Source: Nageia nagi
Taxonomy: Eukaryota > Plantae > Pinophyta
Reading direction: 5' to 3'
Assembly (NCBI GenBank): GCA_050084985.1
Contig: JBITNC010000001.1
Location: forward strand, 81,220,001-81,284,000
Length of the DNA stretch: 64,000 nucleotides
The notes below the pieces were generated by a model, which was not told where the DNA came from, made no database searches, and saw nothing but the letters and a program-made list of their open reading frames with translations. Positions 14,101 to 26,484 of this stretch are shown here, piece after piece (the stretch's first letter is position 1; each line of letters opens with the position of its first letter). A program made the position numbers and the translations under genes.

Positions 14101-16150
14101 CTAAATCATGTGGGATCAAAAACCTTCAAAGTACTTAGCATACATCTATAAGGTTACTTCTACATGAATAGTAACTTATTTTTCTTTGTGTATAAATTTA
14201 ATTAATTGATGCAATGTGGAAGTAACAACCCTAAGTTTATGGATCCATGGTCTACCAAACAACAAATTATATGGTAATTTCACTTGAAAAATATAAACTA
14301 TTTGATAAATAGTTTTCCCTCCTTCTTCAATGGACATTGTAACATAACCAATGCATTATTTTTCATTATTATCAAACCCTTTTATGCTAATTGTAGTTCT
14401 CTTCATTTTTGCATAAATCGAAGGAAAGTACTTTTGCAATAGTTCAATTGAGAAAATATTTACATTGGAACCAATATCAATCAATGCTTTTTTAATAATA
14501 ACACCATCAACATTGACATAAATATACAATCCTAAATTATTTTCTATAATATCTTTAGGTAATTCATTATCTTGAAAGCAAAGCATGTTACAAACTAGAT
14601 TTGTATCAAGATTAGTTACTAATTTTGTAAATTTAGCAACATTAATATCCACATTAACTTAAGTATTTTTAAATATTTCTATGATCAATTGACAATTGTA
14701 AAAGTTTTAAAATAGTTATCTTGGCATGAGTTACCTTTAGTTTCTCATGGATTTGTTATGTATCAGAATTATAAGAGATTTTTATTCTTTTTGTCATGGC
14801 CAGATTAACACTCCCTCTAGGCCTTCCTCTCCTAGTGGCACTGCATAGTTCTTGGTTGAATATAATGTTCGTTGTAAGTGGTTTAGTTTCTTATAAATAT
14901 ACTACATGATCCTTATAATGTATATTTCCATTATCTAACAATTTCTACAATTATTTCCTTAGGATCATGCAAGCATTCATTTTGTGACCTTTAACTTTGT
15001 AATATTCGTAAAATTATGCTTCATTGTACCAACTAGGTTTATCATCATGGGGATCTAGTTCTTTCTTTGGATTAAGATTGAGTAACCCCTTTTGTAATAA
15101 ATCCTTGAACATAATGGCAAGAGCTAAAGGTAACCTTATGTTCTTGAAATTTTGTTTTTCTTGACTCTTTTGTTTCTCTTTAAATTGGGGTTCTTTTATG
15201 GCATGAACCCCTTTGTATTTCTTTTTTATATATTCCTTTCTTTTTCCCTTTAGGATTATTTCCATACTCTAAATCACCCATATCAAATAAGGACTTCTCC
15301 TTTTAGGTAAGCTTATGCATAATTTCTATAAATGTAAGTATCATGTAATCTAAAGCTATGAATTTAAATTTAGGATGGATGTTATGAATAAACATATATG
15401 TAAGATGAGACTCAGATAATGGCTTAGGAATCATGCTCCATATATTTTGAAATATTTGTGCAAAATTATCAAATATTTCATTTAGACCTTGTATGGGACT
15501 AACTAAATTTGAAACTATCATTTTTTAAGGAATTTGATATTTAAAATGAATATAGAATTTTGACATAAGTTATGCATAACAATTAATAGACTTAGCAGGT
15601 AAAGAGAAGTATCAATTGAGAAAATATCCTCTAAATGTGATAGGAAATACTTTGTAATCAAATCATCATTCATTCCAAATTTCAATTTGAACTTCATTTT
15701 GAAATCCTTGATATGAGCCATAGGATCTCCCTCACCATGATATGAATCAAATATAGGCTCCAATTATAGATCTGGTGCCCTAGTATTGTGAATTTCATCA
15801 CATAATGAATTCAAATACCTAGAAATGGGAGGAGTAGCAACAATGAATCAATTTTTTTCCATTTATAATCCCTCACCCTTTCACTCAATATCATCATCAT
15901 TCCTTTGAAGCTCGTAATATCATGGAAAAATGGATGTAAAGAATTGTAGGAATGTAGGGCTCAATGTATAACAAAATTTAGATATGATAGGTAGGGTTAA
16001 GAAACACTAATGAATAATGAAACAAGTAATTACCACCTCTCAATTATTCAAGATCATGTCATAGTTACTTATGCAAAACCCCTCCACCTTTAGAGGTAAC
16101 AGTTGAGTGCTAAGGATCCTCCTTAGGCTTATTATGATGCCAAGCCGACT
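11152..16150 (-). mobile_element. Decayed Tat-lineage Ty3/gypsy element (gag-PR-G-patch-RT-RH-aRH), cut before integrase
   Basis: gag FDSYHGEGDPMAHIKDF (15518-15763), PR ALIDIGSNVN (14356-14652), RT DAFPLPNID...VYVDNIL (12305-12844) and RH (11731-12075). A second RNase H reads WKLFFHGS...CTNNMVEYE...SDSQLIV (11152-11528). The 5' boundary is approximate. Confidence 0.88.
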
Positions 16151-17393
16151 TGTTATCATAAAACATAAAGGTATATGAGAGTACATAATGATAAGAGCAT
16201 TTAATTAATAAAATAAATGAATAAATTCAAATACCTAAAAAGGTATCTTAATTAAATTAAATTTTTTTTTAGGTGTTAACAAGAATAAAAAGGATGTATG
16301 CTAATATGAATCTAAATGCTTTCTAAAGTATAGATACCAGGGAATACTAGGATCTCTATCTCCTAAAATTCAATGAAAGAGCTATCATAGAGCATAAAGC
16401 AATGTGAAGGTATCTTCTACACCCAAAATGGATGTCTCACATAGTGCAAGGCGTATGAAGATCTATTAAGAATGATATTAGGTTAATCATAATAGATGGA
16501 ATTTATATAATTCTTTGTAAGGTAATATTTTATAATGCTAGAAGTGAGGAATAATTAAGTTCAATAATATCAATAAAAACTTTCTATTGTTAAAAATATC
16601 ACTACATAATTAAAAAAAAGGATATCATTCCATTAAGTCTAACATGCCTATGTAATGGATATAAAAGGTTTCTACAAAATAATTTATGAATATAAAAATT
16701 AGCTAATCCATCATGTACTAAGAACATGTATATTCTAAAATATAAATAAAATTTGTTATATTTTAATTAGATTTTTTATTTTTTTTGGATATAAGTCAAC
16801 AATGTTAATACTACGTTAATGTTAATTTTTGGAACTATTCAAGGGCATATTCCTCGATACTATAGGGAAAAAATAAGTTACAACATTTCATCATGAATGA
16901 AAGTTTTGCATAATAATTTGAAGTAACAAAAAGAAGAGTAGGATTTTCTTTTACCTTAAATATTAGAAATTTTAGAATGTTGAGTATAGGGTAGGGAAAG
17001 ATATAAAATCTTACAAGATAATATATTGCTTATCAAGCTAGTGTAATCAAAATGATTATTGTTGGGATTATCATATATGGTGCTCAATTCCTCTTACATT
17101 TATTTTCCTTATCTTGGTATTGATATAAAATACAATAAATTAGGTTAAGGATAAGAATTTGAGGGTTGATAGGTTTTAAATCATTATAATTTTTTGAGAA
17201 AATGATGTAATATTTTGGATCAATAAAAACTAGGATGAGAGGTCATTGTAATAGTTACTTTTTACAAAGGAAAATTAGTTCATATTTATGACATAAGAGA
17301 ATAGAAAGAGGTTGATTATGATTAGGATTGGTGACTCAAGATCTAATAATTAACATTATACTAAATAATTATAACTAAAGTAAATATGAAAAG

Positions 17394-17428
<35 letters not shown>

Positions 17429-17483
17429 TAACTCTTAATCTTAATCTCAATTAATTAGATATGTTTAGTATAATTAATCTTAA

Positions 17484-18176
17484 TGTAGATGCCTAAAAAT
17501 GATTTATTATTTATTTAATTAATCATATTTAGCACAATAAATGATTAAACGTAATAATGTATAAAAAGATAAAATGTTAGTGCAATATCATGTGCTAAGA
17601 CCAATGTAATATAATATACCATGGTTTATATTTTACATTATCTTGAATATTAAAAATATTATTATCATTGCTATGTGTTAGCTTTCACCCCTTTCTATTT
17701 CCTTCTAGGTTATAAATATAGGAGGTGAAGATTGACATCCCTATCAAAACTCTTTGATAGGTGGTTGTCCCAAACATCAAACTTACAATGTCTCCTGATG
17801 CAACCTATATATTTTCTATGAAATTGATAATGTGCAAATCCTACAGTGCTAGCGATGTGTACCTTCTACATCGAGAGGTCTAGACTTCAAGGAATGACTT
17901 GTGATACCACTCTAGTGAATATTTATTTAAAGATCATTTGAAATCCAATCATAATCCTCTGCATATTCATTGTTATCTACTCTTGAGTATTGTTCATACA
18001 TGGGCTATAGGCCCACTATGTATCATATATATATGTTAAATGTATGTATGTATGTATGTGTGTGTGTGTGTGTGTATATATTTGTAATATGATATAGAGT
18101 TATTATTCATTGTATTCATAGACCAAATTTATTTATTTGTAGATTTATTTATTAATTAAACATTTTTGGGTATACA
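17484..18176 (+). repeat. 5' LTR
   Basis: TGTAGATGCC...GGGTATACA. It aligns with 30463-31188 and 60955-61728 and contains a TATAAATA and an internal microsatellite. Confidence 0.9.
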
Positions 18177-18179
18177 TTT

Positions 18180-18195
18180 TGGTGAACCTGACATT
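18180..18195 (+). promoter_or_regulatory. Primer binding site, tRNA-Trp type
   Basis: TGGTGAACCTGACATT lies 3 nt after the LTR. It matches the complement of the plant tRNA-Trp 3' end as I recall it (TGGTGAACCCGACGTG), with two transitions and a terminal mismatch. Confidence 0.7.
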
Positions 18196-18299
18196 CTTAC
18201 ACACCTAGGTCTTGACCTAGGGCATCTTTTTAAAAATTCATGAATCCATTCTTACTATTATTTGTCCCTTTAACTAAAGCTCTTTGGATAATAGCTAGA

Positions 18300-20280
18300 G
18301 AAGATGAAAAGTAGGGTTTTCTCTACCTATATTGAAAAGATGTATTTAAATGTAGAAAACCTTAGGTATCCAAAGAGGGGGTTCATTTTAATGATGTTCG
18401 AAGAAGTATTAGGAATAATCTTGATCTTCCTCTACAAGAACCTCATCCTAATACTCCCAATGATTTTGAGTCTACAAGATCTAGAAAAAAAATGGATATT
18501 ATTGATGAAAATCACAATAGATTTTATCCTAATATTGATCATTTTGAATTTAAAAATGTAGATTTGAATAGTCATTCTAATGAAAGTAATGGTGAAATTC
18601 ATGAGTTAGATAAAATTCCTAATCATGTTAAATCTATATAGGAAAAAGGTTAGAATATTTTTTTACTCATAATTATAAAACTATTATTGATATTGTAACA
18701 CATTATGAGCTCTTATAAGAAAACTTTGCAAACTTAAAATCATCATATAGTTTGTTTTCATATGAAAATGCAAGATTTATGTGATGAAGGGTTCATACCA
18801 TTGATGCGAACTTGATGATGTACATGAGGCTAAGATAGATTTACCTCTTGAAATACCTATACAACTTCCATATGATGAAGTTGTAGATGATAATGGAATG
18901 GAGGATGTTGATAAAGATTACAAGTACCTCATCCTCAAACCTGATCACTTCAAAAGAGGTAAGTCTATTACAGGTAAGGATATTGTACAAGATGATAACC
19001 CTAATGATAAACTAGAAAAATAACTTGATAAGATTGTTTATGATGCTTATATGTTACAACATAATTGGACATTAGAAGAACATAATATCAAAACTAAAAT
19101 TCCTCTTGAATTATAAGATACTAGTAGTTAGTCTTTAGAACCTCTTCAAAAACAAATGGATGTCTTAATTCAAATGCTTGATAGACTTGAACATGAAAGA
19201 GTATATAGAGTAGGTTCATTTTTTGTACTCAAAGAAAATGAACATAGAAAGGCACAAATTCCATGTCAAACCCCTCCACCTCCCCAAAATAAGAATCACC
19301 TAAGGATGTAGATAACAAACAAAATTAGAGTTAATGGCTAATGATGATGATTTATTATTTTTTTTAAAGAGGCAATTAACAGATAGAATTCTTGCTAAAG
19401 TAATTACTGGGAAAAAGAGTATTAAGTTTACTAAATTTTATGGTTTGCAAGATCTTAATATGCATGTTAGAAAATTTCAAGAAGAAGCTATGGAATATAT
19501 GCATGATAAAGATATGCTTACTAAATTGTTCTCACATAGTTTGGAGGATGAAGCATTAAAATAGTATTTTTAGTTTCACAAAAAGAGCATTGACATGTAT
19601 GAGGATTTAATTCATCAATTTTTGCAAAATTTCAAGTATAATATTACTGAAAAAGTTTACTTCAAGGATTTGTGTAAGATTAAGCAATTTCCTAATCAAT
19701 CTATTCACAATTTTGTTAAAGTATGGACACACATTGCTAATAAAATCACTATGCTTGAGTAAATTTGAAACATAAATTTGCAAATGCTTTATTACCTACA
19801 TATAAATTACTAGAAATCTTTAATTGTGATATGACACTAGGCAATATGATGGATATTGTATTTAAAAAAGAGACATGCATTAAAAGATTATATGCTATGC
19901 GTAATAATAGTACCCCTACATATCAAAAGATAGTGCAAAAGCTTGAAAATAGTAAAAAAGCTAAAGTAAACAATGTTAGTAATAAACATAAAAATAATCC
20001 TAAACCTAGGAGGAAGTTCACACCTTTGACTAATACTATTGATAATATTCTTAATGTATTGTTAAAAGAAGATCTTATTTAACTTCCTCCTACTATTGAG
20101 CTTAAGTTTCCAAATGGTGTCCCTAAATTTTTTTTGATATGAGGAATTTTGCAATTATCATAGGGTTCCTAGACATATAAAATGTAATTAGAGGAATTTA
20201 AAGCATATCATACATGATTTCATTGATAAAAAGACTACTAAGATGAATGAAAAAGCTACTATAGAACCTGGACCTTACAT
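18300..20280 (+). pseudogene. gag pseudogene (unit A)
   Basis: Capsid-like KFTKFYGLQDLNMHVRKFQEE...LFSHSLEDEALK, then RKFTPL and a C-x2-H-x4-H-x4-C-type knuckle (EEFCNYHRVP.H, ~20140-20190). The start is approximate. Confidence 0.85.
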
Positions 20281-20624
20281 CCTAATAATGTGATTGTACC
20301 TTCCTTTTCATCTTACAACTTGATTATGAGTTGATTTATTTTTATTAGAAATTATTTGTGATTTGCTTTGTGCATTATGAAATGATTGAATTTTGTGCAT
20401 TATGACTTGTTCATGTTCTATTTATAATGGTGTGAAAATAAAATTTATTACATGCAAAGTTTCCTGTTAAGCAAATTTTTGTTGTTAACTTGTAAAATTA
20501 AACTTACAAATTTAAAATGCATTCCCATTTAAGCAAATAAATTGAAAAAATAATCAACTACAATATTTTGAGCCAAAAAATGATTATATATATATATATA
20601 TATGAATACAAAATAAGGGAGGTC

Positions 20625-22614
20625 CTATGACCATGGCCCTCACTGAGCAAGAGAACTACCACCACTACTGGTAGTATCTCCTGTCCTAGCCTTAACCCTA
20701 TGATTGCTACCATTAGCTACTATCCTTGATGTGTCTTACAATATACCACTTGTTGTCATCCATGTCTCTTAATGAGGTTCTTTGCTCTCACAAACTTGAC
20801 CTTGAGAGTGGTGATCCCTTTCTCCTTGGCCTCTAGCTTGTCCATCTGACTACTAGTTTGGAGGTGGCATGGTCAGTCTCTCTTATAACCTCTTCACATA
20901 TTGCTCTAGAGTTGAAATATGTGAACCCCACTGAGCTAGGGTGGCCTATGGTGTGGTAACCTAGGCTTCATGAGCCTAAGTCTCATAACCTCCACTTCTA
21001 ATGAAATGATCTGCCTATTTGTATCTCTTGCACTCAAGTAAAATTCATGATTAATTAAGCATTTTGACATGGATAAAAACTAAAAATAAAATAAAATTTG
21101 AATGCTTTCTTACCTAGTGCCACTAAGGACATAGCTATGGCTAATACAACTAAACTTAGTGTTTTTAGTGCCTCTCCCTCCTGCATTATAATGTCAAGGA
21201 TGGGATTGTTCACTTGAGGATGATCCCTCATTAGTAGCCTTGTATCCCTCCTCATCATCATCCTCATCCATCCCAAGGTCCCAAAGAGGGACTCTGATCA
21301 ACCATGCTGCATAATTAGAGATAATTATGGGTTCCATGGAGAAATTGGTAGCCTCATCCATTTTCCTCAACTCCTCCCATGTGATCCTCCATGCCAAAAT
21401 AACCTATGTCCCCACAAGCATGTCCCTCTCATCCATGTTTTATTAATAACATCTAGGTACTAGTGTGATCCCTTGTTGGATCCCAACTTACATCAGTATA
21501 CACTGAGGGTGGTATGGCTCCACTACCTTCCTCCACATCTAGAGAAAATACTCCTAATGTACCCATGCTAGCTAATCCATAACACATCCCACATAAATTC
21601 TTGATAGCAAACAATTATTAGGTCCATCATCTATAATGTGTCCACTTATCATCTTCTCACCTCTAAGGAGTGAAGATACCTATATCCTTAACCATTAGAG
21701 GTCTAGCATACCAAAGCTATATCTCTTGGGTCCTCCCTTTCTTGTTGTAGTCCCATGGGCCTCATCACTACTATGTGCTCATATACCCATATCTGTAGCA
21801 ATCCTGCATAGGAAATCAACACATTGAACTTATCAAAATTGATGAAGTTGTATAGGTACCTATACAATTGAGCTATAAATAAGGTTCTTGAAGAAAATTA
21901 CCCTCCCCTCTTGCATATCTATCTTACCACCCAAACCAGTCTGAGTGGGATGGTCTAGCTACTCTTGTTTAGACATAAGTAAGTAGCTATAATTTTAGCT
22001 ACATATAGATGTAAATATTATCCTATTGGGGAAAATTGACACACCTTCACCAACCTAGCCAATTGATGTTCCTAATCATGATCTACCTCCATGATCAACC
22101 AAAGTACCTCTTTCTCCTAGAAATTGTTGTCCAAAATCTCCCTCTGGTGTAAAAGGCTTCCCCTGAGTGTGATGTTCATTTCATTGAGGGTCATTGAAAT
22201 GAATAGTAGTATTGGTCCCATCTCTATGCCAATGCTATCAATAGTAGTAGATCTTGTTGTACATGCCCAATGATGGCTAGGTCTGCTAGCTCACATCTCG
22301 ATAGAATATCATTAATGTGGTTGGTTCTCAACCAACCCCTCACCTTCTCTAAGGTGGTTGTGGTCATCGATCCTCCCTGAAAAAGAACCTTGCATTCCTA
22401 CAAGGAATTAAATAACAAGTTGATTAATAAAATGCTTGATGAGGTTAAAATCAAATTAAAAATGATAAACAAGATGAAAATGTGAATTATAAAAGAAAAT
22501 GTAAGCAAAACCACTTACCAAATACTCATATGAAAGGGAGAGGAGATACTTTGCTATGTGATCCCTTAAGCTAGTAATGGGGCATCCAAATGCCCTCCAT
22601 ACCTCATCTACCAT
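20625..22614 (-). pseudogene. Spliced plant mobile domain (PMD) + coiled-coil gene, unit A
   Basis: Exon 1 is 22614-22519 (32 codons, MVDEVWRAFGCP...). A GT..AG intron at 22518-22398 joins it in frame to an exon with LIALA*RWD..YSF, QLYRYL, LLQIWVYEHI and VEPYHP...GI. A second intron at ~21113-21028 has a mutated acceptor in this copy. Confidence 0.82.
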
Positions 22615-23249
22615 CCTGAAGACTAAAACAAAGTGCAAAATGGTGAAAAATGCATGTATGCAATGGTAGGTAAGGGAAAACAACATCTAAGCAAGTCAAT
22701 CGAACTCATATCCAATTGTGCATAGCTAGAAGATAAGTCAACATGCGAGAAGGGATTTAGAGGAAACAAGGGGGTCAAAGTGCCAATTTAGAAAGATAAA
22801 AAAATCAAAATGACAACTTTTCAAATTGAATTAGTCTTTTATAATTTCTAAATTGCTTTGAAATCCTAGGCTTTTTCCTTTTCTCTAGTAGATGCCCTAA
22901 ATCATTATTTTGTGTTTTCAATATGCATTAATTTATTTTAAATGCCTATCATATTTTTTTCAAAAAATTCTAATGCTATTTGTATGCTACCAACAGCATC
23001 CATTTCTTTGAATTAAGTGTGCATTCAGGGACCAATGACTTATAATTATTTATACATGCATTTTCATTCCTTACCAATCATATATGATTAAAATTGTGCC
23101 ATTTTTGTTATTTGAAATTATTTATAACAAATGCATTGTGCCAATAGCTTGGAATTGAATAAATTAGCAAAAAATCTAAATGTGCTATCTTAATTTTGGT
23201 TTTAATACATGTTATTAAATGGTCAGTACACTTATACAGTTGCTTTATA

Positions 23250-23900
23250 TGATTAATTGTTATTGGCAAAATTTTATATATTTAAATTGCACTTCAACCT
23301 TCTATCTTCAAATATATCTATTATTTGCATTTCAATGTCAATCAAAAATTCTTGTTTCAAAGCCAATTGAAGATACTCTTGATTTTGAAAAATGATGTAT
23401 TTTTTTCCATGCCACCAGCGATGTGCATATTGCAAAATTGCATGATCTTTAAAATAATTACAAGGTTTTCATATTATTTATGATTCATCAAGATGATTAT
23501 TGGAATATTATATCACTTGCAAAAACAAATTACAAATGTTCACAAATATTGCTATTTTTTAAATTCCATGAAAATCTTATGATAAATTGGATTGTTATTT
23601 TCTTCATGAATGGAAGCAATATGATACAAATAGTTTTCAATCAAATATCTTTCAAATTGTTGTACTTGAAATGGAAAATATCACACCACCAATTAAGTGC
23701 AATTATTATAAATATTTTGGAAATGGGGCATATTGTAATTTTTTTAAACCTTCATCCATTTACATGATTTTTTCATTCACATGAATTGCTTTAAGGTTAA
23801 GGATCAAAATTATTGAAAATATGATCATGAAATTTTAGGCATACCACAAAGCTAGCAGCGTGGATATACATTGAATATTCATGAAAATTGAAATTTTATA
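23250..23900 (+). pseudogene. Unidentified decayed ORF in the element's 3' region (unit A; copies near 29170-29810, 53770-54420 and 59670-60310)
   Basis: The same 65-codon stretch is open in all four copies (23587, 29497, 54104, 59999). Flanking in-frame stops are mostly TGA, consistent with CGA decay. Confidence 0.4.
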
Positions 23901-24573
23901 ATGAAATCCTAATAAATAATCAAATCTATGGTTCATTGATAGAAATTGAATATACTGGTTCATCGATATACTAAAAAATGTTTCATAGCCATGGTCATCC
24001 CATGAGAAAATATTGTATTGTTATAGGACATCACCATTGTGAGTCATTGAATGGATATTTATATACTATAATATATCATTCATAGTAGTCTATAAATCAT
24101 GTATATTGCAAGCATGGGGCATCATAAAGAACCCATGCACTTGCTTTTCATAGATTATGAGTTATTTATCATAGTAGTCTATGTATCATTATTTATATCA
24201 CTATGAGTTGCATTGGCCATAGTAACACACTGCATATTATATTTATTTCATCCTTGATATTTACATTTCTTATTCTTTCATGGATGTTATCTATGTGAGT
24301 ATATATTATTTCATCTTATAGATATTATCTGGGTGAGTAGGATTAGCATAGAATGCTCACCTCATAGATGGAATCCTAGATTCAGCTTGATTACTTGACA
24401 TAACAAGAGTTAGGGGAAACAAAGACCAAAAGGGGGTAAACAACATATCATACTTATATTTTGGTAAAAACAAAGAAGTCCACTTTACTATTGAAAATCT
24501 TTTGTTCTTCTCTAGACTTCTTTGGATTATGCAATTTCAATGTTTTTCATTACATATCCAAAGAGGGGAAAAT

Positions 24574-24870
24574 TGTAGATGCATAAAAATGATTTATTAT
24601 TTATTTAATAAATCATATTTAGTGCATTAAATGATTAAAAGGTAATAATATATAAATTAAGATAAAATGCTATTGCAATACCATGTGCTAAGACCCATGT
24701 AATATCATATACCATGGCTTATATTTTAAGTTATCTTAAATATTGAAAAGATTAATATTATTGCTATGTGTTGGCTTTCATCTCTTTCAATTTATTTTCA
24801 GGTTATAAATATGGGAGGTGAAGGTTGACATCCATATTGGAACTGTTTGATAGGTGGTTTTCCCAAACAT
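24574..24870 (+). repeat. Internal truncated LTR fused to mid-gag
   Basis: Follows the PPT AAAGAGGGGAAAA and matches the first ~295 bp of the LTR up to CCCAAACAT. It then jumps to sequence matching gag at ~19632 (TCAAGTATAATATT). Confidence 0.9.
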
Positions 24871-24873
24871 GTA

Positions 24874-25790
24874 TCATGTATAATATTGCTAAAAAAGTTT
24901 ACTTCAAGGATTTATGTAAGATTAAGCAATTGCCAAATCAATCTATTCATGATTTTGTTAAAGTATGGACACATATTACTAATAAAATCACTATTCCTAA
25001 GCAAGATTTGAAAGATACATTTGTAAATGCTTTATTACCTGCATATAAATTACTAGTAATCTCTAATCATGATATGACATTAGGCAATATGATGGATGTT
25101 GTATCTAAAAAAGAGCCATGTATTAAAAGATTATATGCTATGCATAATAATAGTACCCCTACATATCAAAATATAATGTAAAAGCTTGAAAATAATGAAA
25201 AATTTGAAGTAAATAATGTTAGTAATAAACATAAAAATAATCCTAAACCTAGGCAAAAGTTTACACCTTTGACTGATACTGTTGATAATATTCTTAATGT
25301 CTTGTAAAACATGATCTTATTGAACTTCTTCCTATTGTTGAGCCTAATTTTCCTAATGGTGTTCCTAAAAAAATTTAATATGAGGAATTTTGCAATTATC
25401 ATAGGGTTCCTAGACATCTAACACACAATTGTAGGACTTTAAAGCATATCATACATTATTTCATTGATAAAAAGTCTATTAAGATGGATGATGAAGCTAC
25501 TGCAAAACTTGGACCTATATAGCTTGATAATGGGAAGTTAGGAGTGTTCGCTAATCCTCTACCTCCTTCACAACCAAGAGGCTACATTGTTATAATAAGT
25601 ACTTCTAATGATTTGAATTATTATTTTACTCATAAACATGGATGCAAGCTTGATAGCCCAAACAAGACTAGAAATAGAGAAAAAACCCATGCCACCAAAA
25701 ATATGCACCACTATTCCAATAGAACCAACAATGTGAAAAATGCAAAATCAAAGGTGCCTCTTTTTGTTCCTAAATCTATTAAATGTATCT
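24874..25790 (+). pseudogene. 5'-truncated gag pseudogene (unit B)
   Basis: KVYFKDLCKIKQLPNQSIHDFVKVW..., colinear with 19632-20275, then extra sequence absent from unit A. Confidence 0.85.
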
Positions 25791-26484
25791 AGGTTGCATA
25801 AATCCCTTAGGTACATAAAATTACTAGTTAAAATATCATTTTTGTACCTATAGTGTATATTAGCTAGGTTATGCATTTGCATGGCCATTGTGAATTATTA
25901 TTGCTTGGTTGCGTTAATTACTTCTTCTACCTCATAATGAAATTTGTTTGTACTATTCCTTCATTTCACTAAATTTTTCATGACTATTCACATCACTAAT
26001 AATGTATGGGGTCTATTTCATGTCGCTAGTGATGTGCTTTTCCTAGAATATAATTTAAACAAATAGTATTTTCTTCATGATCATTGTATTTTGATTCCAT
26101 TGGATTGGTATTTTATGTGTTTATGTTATGTTTAATAGAAAAAATGAGCAACTATGTGAATGGACCTCCCTTTTTAACTTGCAACCTGATTATGAGTTGA
26201 TTTAGTTTTATTATAAATTATTTGTGATTTGCTTTGTACATTGTGAAATGATTGAATTTTATGCATTGTGATTTGTTCATGTGCTTTTTACAATGGTGTG
26301 AAATTAAAATCTATTACATGCATAGTGTCCTTTTAAGCAAATTTTATTGTTAACTTGTAAAATAAAAACTTACAAATTTAAAATGCATTCTAATTTAAGC
26401 AAATAAACTGAAAAGATAATCAACCATAAGATTTTTGAATCAAAAAAATAATCATATACATATGAATACAAAATAGGGGATGTC

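Noticed and set aside
24825-25181. Novel 118-aa protein conserved at 55340
   Set aside because: It is a chance fusion of LTR sequence (TTG start) to a gag fragment, shared only through the segmental duplication.
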